DNA of 56,855 nt from the NCBI RefSeq assembly GCF_001194135.2, contig NC_068996.1, positions 29,587,917-29,644,771 on the forward strand, given 5' to 3'. Positions within the stretch are counted from its first letter, which is position 1. Each line of letters begins with the position of its first letter. The position numbers were made by a program, and so were the translations under genes. This document shows, piece by piece, positions 50,896-56,855 of this stretch. This DNA comes from Octopus bimaculoides (Eukaryota). The notes beneath the pieces are model-generated. The model searched no databases, was not told the DNA's origin, and saw nothing but the letters and a program-made list of their open reading frames with translations.

Positions 50896-51826
50896 TGTAA
50901 GAAACGACCGTGCGAACAAAAAGGAGAAATGGTGACGAATGGAAAACAGGCTCCTTTTTAAACGCGTCGCACAGTCGACACAAAAATATAAAATGATAAA
51001 TATGTTATAATTCTATAACATAGAGAACTAAGAAATTTGCCAGGAAGGACAAGATAGGAACGCAACCGATAAAGATGAATAATAGTAAGATTTATTGGAG
51101 CATTAAATTGTATGTCTGTATGTGAGTGTGAATACGACATAATAAAACATAATGTAAGACAGGCCATCATGTAAACAAGAGTGTGTGCAAGTAATACATG
51201 TATGTGAATGCAAGAGATATAGAGTATAGATAAGAGTCAGTAACACGGATAAGAATATACCAGTTCTTAGTTAGGGTACACAGTAGTTAGTGTCTGTATA
51301 TAAGAGGTTGAGGCGTTAGGCAGAGCTAAGTCACTTGTGATGTTGAGGCTTCGATGCCGGGCCGGATTCTGGATACAGATGTTCTTCGCAGGCTGAGTTC
51401 TGGCTGTTAATTCCGTGGTGAGGCGATTCACACTAACAGGGTTGAGAAGAGAAGCTGCGGTTGCTGTTTGGTTAGCTGTTGGTAGCTTGTGTACGTAGAG
51501 TCGTGTTGCTGCTGGCGACGATGCTGGTAGTACGTAGTTGAAGTGGTTGTTGATGTCGTCGCTGGAAAACTGACTGCTGCTCTGTGTGGTCTACGACCAG
51601 ATCTGAGCCGCGACGAATTGCCACGGAAAATTTAGGCTATTTATAGATACAGATAGGCTCCAGAGAGCATTAGAAAAAACACTCTATCACGTGACCTTAT
51701 TAGTGGCTACGGTTGGTCGATTTGCGTCCTGGCGGCAAATGGAGTGGAGACAAATGCCGCGTAAATAAAAGTCAGTTAGGTGATGACACAGCAGGCGGGA
51801 AAGAGTTGTTCTCTGCTACGCTCGCA
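50896..51826 (-). mobile_element. Probable solo LTR (~930 bp)
   Basis: TG...CA ends beside (TA)n; minus-strand CTATAAATAGCC (51635-51646) upstream of AATAAA (51091-51096); CpG-rich; right flank mostly lost in the gap, so no TSD confirmed. Confidence 0.5.
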
Positions 51827-51927
51827 TNNNNNNNNNNNNNNNNNNNNNNNNNNNNNNNNNNNNNNNNNNNNNNNNNNNNNNNNNNNNNNNNNNNNNNNNN
51901 NNNNNNNNNNNNNNNNNNNNNNNNNNN

Positions 51928-54132
51928 GAAAGATGGCTGCTTATAAATGCCAAAACCTTCCCAGGTGAAGAATGTATCCCATAACATAGACTAGTAGTTA
52001 GTGACTTCAGGATCAGGGCTAAGTGATTGCCCAGAAGACGACAAGCATGGAGGAGAAGGGTCTGGAAGCTCAAAGATCCTGCGAATGGACAGAGATGTAG
52101 AGACTTATTACTCGAAGCATTTGATGAAATAGAAGGGGATGTAGCATCACATGATATGGAAGACAACTGGAGGTTTCTATGGGACAACCTGCTGAGGGCC
52201 ACTGACCAGATCTGTTGATGGTGCAAAGTCCCCTCTTGACCCAAAATAACGTGGTGGTAGAACAAGGAGGTAGACAGGGCTGTTAGACAAAAGAAACAGG
52301 CTTGGAAGGACTGGAAGAATGGAGGTAGCAGGGAATTGTATCAGACTGCCAGAAGGGAAGCTAGGCGATAGGTTTATTTAGCCAGAGGGGAAGCAGATAA
52401 GAAAAAGTTTGCCAATGTTCTACGCCATGAGGACCAAAGACTTGAGGTATTTCTTGTTGCAAGACAGTGTGTGAGAAAGAATCATGATATCGTGGGAGAG
52501 AAATATGTTCGCATGGATGATGGTACGCTTGCACTAAACGAGGCTGCAAAGAAGGAGGTTTGGAGACGCCACTATGAAAGATTGCTCAATAAAGCGAATG
52601 AATGGGAGAAAGAGAGTCGGGTAGAGGTAGGGGTCCACCAAGGTTCTGTCCTCAGCTCCCTCCTATTTATCATAGTCCTCCAGGCGATAACAGAGGAATT
52701 CAAGACAGGATGCCCCTGGGTGCTCCTCTATGCTGATGACCTTGCACTAATTGCTGAGTCACTATCAGAACTAGAGGAGAAGTTTCAGGTGTGGAAGCAG
52801 GGACTAGAATCGAAGGGCCTTAGAATCAACCTAGCTAAAACCAAAGTCCTAATNNNNNNNNNNNNNNNNNNNNNNNNNNNNNNNNNNNNNNNNNNNNNNN
52901 NNNNNNNNNNNNNNNNNNNNNNNNNNNNNNNNNNNNNNNNNNNNNNNNNNNNNNNNNNNNNNNNNNNNNNNNNNNNNNNNNNNNNNNNNNNNNNNNNNNN
53001 NNNNNNNNNNNNNNNNNNNNNNNNNNNNNNNNNNNNNNNNNNNNNNNNNNNNNNNNNNNNNNNNNNNNNNNNNNNNNNNNNNNNNNNNNNNNNNNNNNNN
53101 NNNNNNNNNNNNNNNNNNNNNNNNNNNNNNNNNNNNNNNNNNNNNNNNNNNNNNNNNNNNNNNNNNNNNNNNNNNNNNNNNNNNNNNNTGCTAGAATAAG
53201 AATAGCCTGGGCAAAGTTCAGAGAGCTCTTACCTCTGCTGGTGACAAAGGGTCTTTCTCTCAGAGTAAAAGGCAGACTGTATGACGAACAGCCATGCTTC
53301 ATGGCAGTGAAACATGGGCCGTGACTGCTGAGGACATGCGTAGGCTCGCAAGGAATGAAGCCAGTATGCTCCGATGGATGTGTAATGTCAGTGTGCATAC
53401 TAGACAGAGTGTAAGTACCTTGAGAGAAAAGTTGAACCTAAGAAGCATCAGTTGTGGTGTGCAAGAGAGACGATTGCGCTGATATGGTCATGTGGTGAGA
53501 ATGGATGAGGATAGCTGTGTGAAAAAGTGCCACACCCAAACACTTGAGAGAACCTGTGAAAGAGGTAGACCCAGGAAGACCTGGGATGAGGTGGTGAGGC
53601 AAGACCTTTGAACATTGGGCCTCATCGAGGTGATGACTTCTGACTGAGACATTTGGAAATATGCTGTAAGTGGGAAGACCCAGCAAGCCAAGTGAGACCT
53701 AAATCCAAGGCCTCTGGCAGGGGTATAGACAGTCCACTTATGCTTACCTTCCTTCATTGGACACAAAACTCCGCTTGTGAAGACCTGTTGAGGCAAGTGA
53801 AATTGAAATCAAACTAAATTCGACGACTGGCACCCATACCAACATCGTGTCCTTCATTGGACACGAAACTCAGCTTGCAAAGACCTGTTGGGCCAAGCGA
53901 AATCGTGATGGCACCTGTGACCAGCATCGCGTTCCTGTCATTTGTGCCGGTGGCACATAAAAGCACCCACTACACTCACAGAGTGGTTGGCATTAGGAAG
54001 GGCATCCAGGTGTAGAAACTCTGCCAAATGAGATTGGAGCCTGGTGTAGCCATCTGGTTCACCAGTCCTCAGTCAAATCGTCCAACCCATGTTAGCATGG
54101 GAAGCGGACGTTAAATGATGATGATAATGATG

Positions 54133-54133
<1 letters not shown>
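51928..54133 (+). mobile_element. RTE LINE, second 3' UTR subfamily, with internal deletion and gap
   Basis: Endonuclease end (PGEECI..HRLVVSDF), linker, RT (GVHQGSVLS, LLYADDLAL), C-terminus (MLHGSETWAVT, GRPRKTWDEVVRQDL), 3' UTR and (GAT)n tail. Confidence 0.93.
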
Positions 54134-54163
<30 letters not shown>

Positions 54164-54459
54164 GAAGCGGACGTTAAATGATGANNNNNNNNNNNNNNNN
54201 NNNNNNNNNNNNNNNNNNNNNNNNNNNNNNNNNNNNNNNNNNNNNNNNNNNNNNNNNNNNNNNNNNNNNNNNNNNNNNNNNNNNNNNNNNNNNNNNNNNN
54301 NNNNNNNNNNNNNNNNNNNNNNNNNNNNNNNNNNNNNNNNNNNNNNNNNNNNNNNNNNNNNNNNNNNNNNNNNNNNNNNNNNNNNNNNNNNNNNNNNNNN
54401 NNNNNNNNNNNNNNNNNNNNNNNNNNNNNNNNNNNNNNNNNNNNNNNTATACACATATA

Positions 54460-54490
<31 letters not shown>

Positions 54491-54545
54491 CATCATTATC
54501 ATCATCATTTAACGTCCGCTTCTGTATATATATATATATATATAT
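54101..54545. repeat. 63-bp tandem/inverted repeat made from the RTE tail plus (TA)n, around an N gap
   Basis: gaagcggacgttaaatgatga at 54101 and 54164; reverse-complement unit at 54482-54530. Confidence 0.8.
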
Positions 54546-54551
54546 AACACC

Positions 54552-54611
54552 AAGTGACCGTTAGAAGTAAGAACGTTTGTTTACAAGCGTTCTTACTTCT
54601 AACGGTCACTT
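54552..54611. repeat. 29-bp inverted repeat with 2-nt loop
   Basis: aagtgaccgttagaagtaagaacgtttgt-tt-acaagcgttcttacttctaacggtcactt; 28/29 Watson-Crick plus one G.U. Confidence 0.95.
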
Positions 54612-54678
54612 ACTTGGCCAAGTAACATCTTAGCTCGTAAGTTACCTCATCATTTCGCATTTGTCTTGCTTTTATATG

Positions 54679-54773
54679 TTGATTCCCTGAAGATGAATAT
54701 ATGTGGAATTCCAGCAGATCTTACTTCTTTGGAGGATAGTACGCATATATTTTGAAACATGTGTAGGAATTAA
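54679..54773 (+). ncRNA. Degenerate type I hammerhead ribozyme motif
   Basis: Stem I ttgattcc/ggaattaa; CTGAAGA core (54687-93); stem II gaatatatg/catatattt; GAAA (54754-57); short stem III; GTA cleavage triplet (54763-65). Confidence 0.6.
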
Positions 54774-55173
54774 AGAACTTTTATTTATATGCGTTTTGCT
54801 CCATTTATTGTTATTATTCATATCTTCTCAAAATGCATCATTTCAACTTGGTATCTCTACCTATAAAACGGCTGTGATATCCTGGTTTTTTGTGTAATTT
54901 TTGCTACCTATGGTAACTATTAACATATTTACATTGTCAAATTTTTTTTTTTAAACTGAGATAATATTAATATATACATAAACTAATATATGTATATATC
55001 TATTCTTATCACATCCTCTCTCTCTCTCTATCTATCTGTCTATCTCGTACTCTGTACGCATACTCTATTCCTGTACATTCACTCTACTTCCTATTCTCCT
55101 TCCCCTCTTTTCTTTCTTTCTATTAGTATTTCTCTATACTCTAAGATAACCTCTTTCTCAAATTCCGTGCACC

Positions 55174-56088
55174 ATGGATACCAGCAGACAAAGCTTTATA
55201 CAGCGCCAAATTGAAGCTAAGAAGAAGAAGAAGATGCACCAAAACTGGCAATTAGAGGAAATTCGCCTTCTTGTACAAGCATGGAGCCTGGCCAAAGGAT
55301 CACCAGCAAATGATCTAATAGCCGAAACCTTGGATAGGTATAATTTCCACAGATCAATGGCTCAAATTGATCGGAAGAAACAGGAGCTCATTCGCTCCTA
55401 CGAACACATAAAACCACACCTTGACCTCCTAGAAAGCATTATGAGAGACACAGACTCTAAAAAGGACAATGAAGACCCTGCACACTGTGCTCAGGCTCAG
55501 GAGGGCCAAACGGATGACCGAAACAAGGCAAATGCCACTAGTACTGTAGCCACTGCTGAAGGCTGCAATGGCCATGATGAATGCAGCCAACGCAGCACCA
55601 CACCAAACGACAGAGACAGGAGAACAGACAAGGAGACGGTGAACACAAACAGGCTGCAAGCCCAAGCACGTCATGCAAAGAAAAAGAAACAGATTATCTG
55701 TAAATTCTACCTAAATGGTACCTGTTGGCATGGGGAAAAGGGACGAAACTGCAAATTTACCCATCCCAAACACCACCAGCTAAACAAGGTAGATAACCAC
55801 TCACAACAAAATAAGCGGGAGCGCAGAAAAGGGAGACCAAAAAGCTTAAACCTGCATACCCATAATCCACCAAGAACCAACAGGACTCACAATGAGAGAA
55901 ATCAATATATTCCTTCTGCTCTCAACAAAAGACTGTATGCAGAGGCTGTAAGAACTGCAGTAGCTGAACAACAAGCTTTTTTAAGCATGGCCCAGAAAAT
56001 GGTACAACAGTTAACGTGGATGCAGAGGGTACAGAGTCAACACCACACAAACCATTGTCCAAGACCACCACAGATGATGGATCAGTAA
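55174..56088 (+). CDS. LINE ORF1p-like protein, 304 aa, with Myb/SANT-like N-terminus and CCCH zinc finger
   Basis: Intact ORF directly upstream of an APE endonuclease ORF; CKFYLNGTCWHGEKGRNCKFTH at 55699-55764. Confidence 0.75.
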   Translation: MDTSRQSFIQRQIEAKKKKKMHQNWQLEEIRLLVQAWSLAKGSPANDLIAETLDRYNFHRSMAQIDRKKQELIRSYEHIKPHLDLLESIMRDTDSKKDNEDPAHCAQAQEGQTDDRNKANATSTVATAEGCNGHDECSQRSTTPNDRDRRTDKETVNTNRLQAQARHAKKKKQIICKFYLNGTCWHGEKGRNCKFTHPKHHQLNKVDNHSQQNKRERRKGRPKSLNLHTHNPPRTNRTHNERNQYIPSALNKRLYAEAVRTAVAEQQAFLSMAQKMVQQLTWMQRVQSQHHTNHCPRPPQMMDQ

Positions 56089-56855
56089 TGGCCACCACTA
56101 ACACCAGGAACCCCTGCACAGATATCACACCCATATTCCTACTGAATATCCGGGGCCTATTACGAACAGGCGGCAAAGACAAGTTTTTATACCTGAAAGA
56201 CCTAGTTACATGCAATCAAGCAATATGCATGGTGCTTACCGAANNNNNNNNNNCTGAAAGACCTAGTTACATGCAATCAAGCAATATGCATGGTGCTTAC
56301 CGAAACGCATCTAACATCTAATATAGCAGATGCGGAGATAAACATACCAGAGTATGCTGTACTCCGAACAGACAGAAGGGATAGAAGTCATGGGGGAGTT
56401 GCAATGAACGTCCAAGAAGATGTCACAGCCCTACTACGTCTGTGATACTTTAATAGTACACATAAAACAAATTGATGTAGTTGTATGCTCAACATACTGT
56501 CCATCAAATACCGCAAAGCAGGAGGGTAAATTTAAGGATAGCCTCAGACGCATAGAAGAGTTCTTGACAAATCTGGACCAACACATCAATATACTTTTCG
56601 TAGGCGACTTTAACCTCCCAAATGTTAAATGGCTTGAAGGTCACATCCTCTCTGAGATGTCACTGCATGAACAAAGCCAGGCAAAATCTTTGTTAGAACT
56701 CTCCAACATGCTGTTCATAGAACAAGTGATACACCAACCAACCAGGGGAAGCAATATTTTAGATCTCTGCTTCGCAAACAATGTGAGCCTAATCCATAAT
56801 GTGAAAGTAACACCTACATCTCTCTCAGATCATAACATTATAGAATTAACTATGT
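56088..56855 (+). mobile_element. CR1/L2-like LINE ORF2 APE endonuclease, frameshifted near 56440, running off the window end
   Basis: LLNIRGL, VLTETHL, RTDRRDRSHGGVA, then in a shifted frame VGDFNLPNVKW, QPTRGSNILDLCF, SLSDHNII. Confidence 0.92.

Noticed and set aside
56193-56304. Exact 51-bp direct repeat in LINE ORF2
   Set aside because: The copies flank a 10-N gap; this is a typical unmerged contig overlap, not a real duplication.
1-56855. CRISPR arrays, rRNA, true tRNA genes or prokaryotic operons
   Set aside because: None seen; the tRNA-like boxes belong to SINE heads and all repeats are eukaryotic TE or microsatellite types.

Overview
Animal nuclear DNA: AT-rich, microsatellite-rich, intron-containing, with ten N gaps. 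The repeat content (RTE LINEs with (GAT)n tails, tRNA-type SINEs, TTAA MITEs) suggests an octopus or other coleoid cephalopod; this is inference. The one host gene is the 3' part of a CBP/p300 (CREBBP-like) acetyltransferase on the + strand. Ten GT-AG coding exons from 11313 to 35245 join in one frame (3166 nt) and encode RING/PHD, HAT, ZZ, TAZ2, NCBD, a polyQ27 tract and a Q/P-rich tail, followed by a probable ~4.8 kb TE-free 3' UTR. The rest is mostly transposon debris: RTE LINEs, three or four Tc1/mariner relics, a hAT-Charlie element with 8-bp TSD, SINEs, piggyBac-type MITEs and a probable solo LTR. A CR1/L2-like LINE runs off the right edge. Best leads: (1) an unannotated 18-nt in-frame microexon with a UGC motif at the CBP PHD finger; (2) a degenerate type I hammerhead ribozyme and a 29-bp hairpin upstream of the terminal LINE; (3) that LINE's ORF1, with a Myb/SANT-like domain plus a CCCH finger, joined to ORF2 by a TAATG overlap; (4) a PHD finger inside the RT of the RTE family; (5) CBP substitutions that A-to-I editing could revert. 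No alignments or database searches were run; comparisons with human CBP are from memory.
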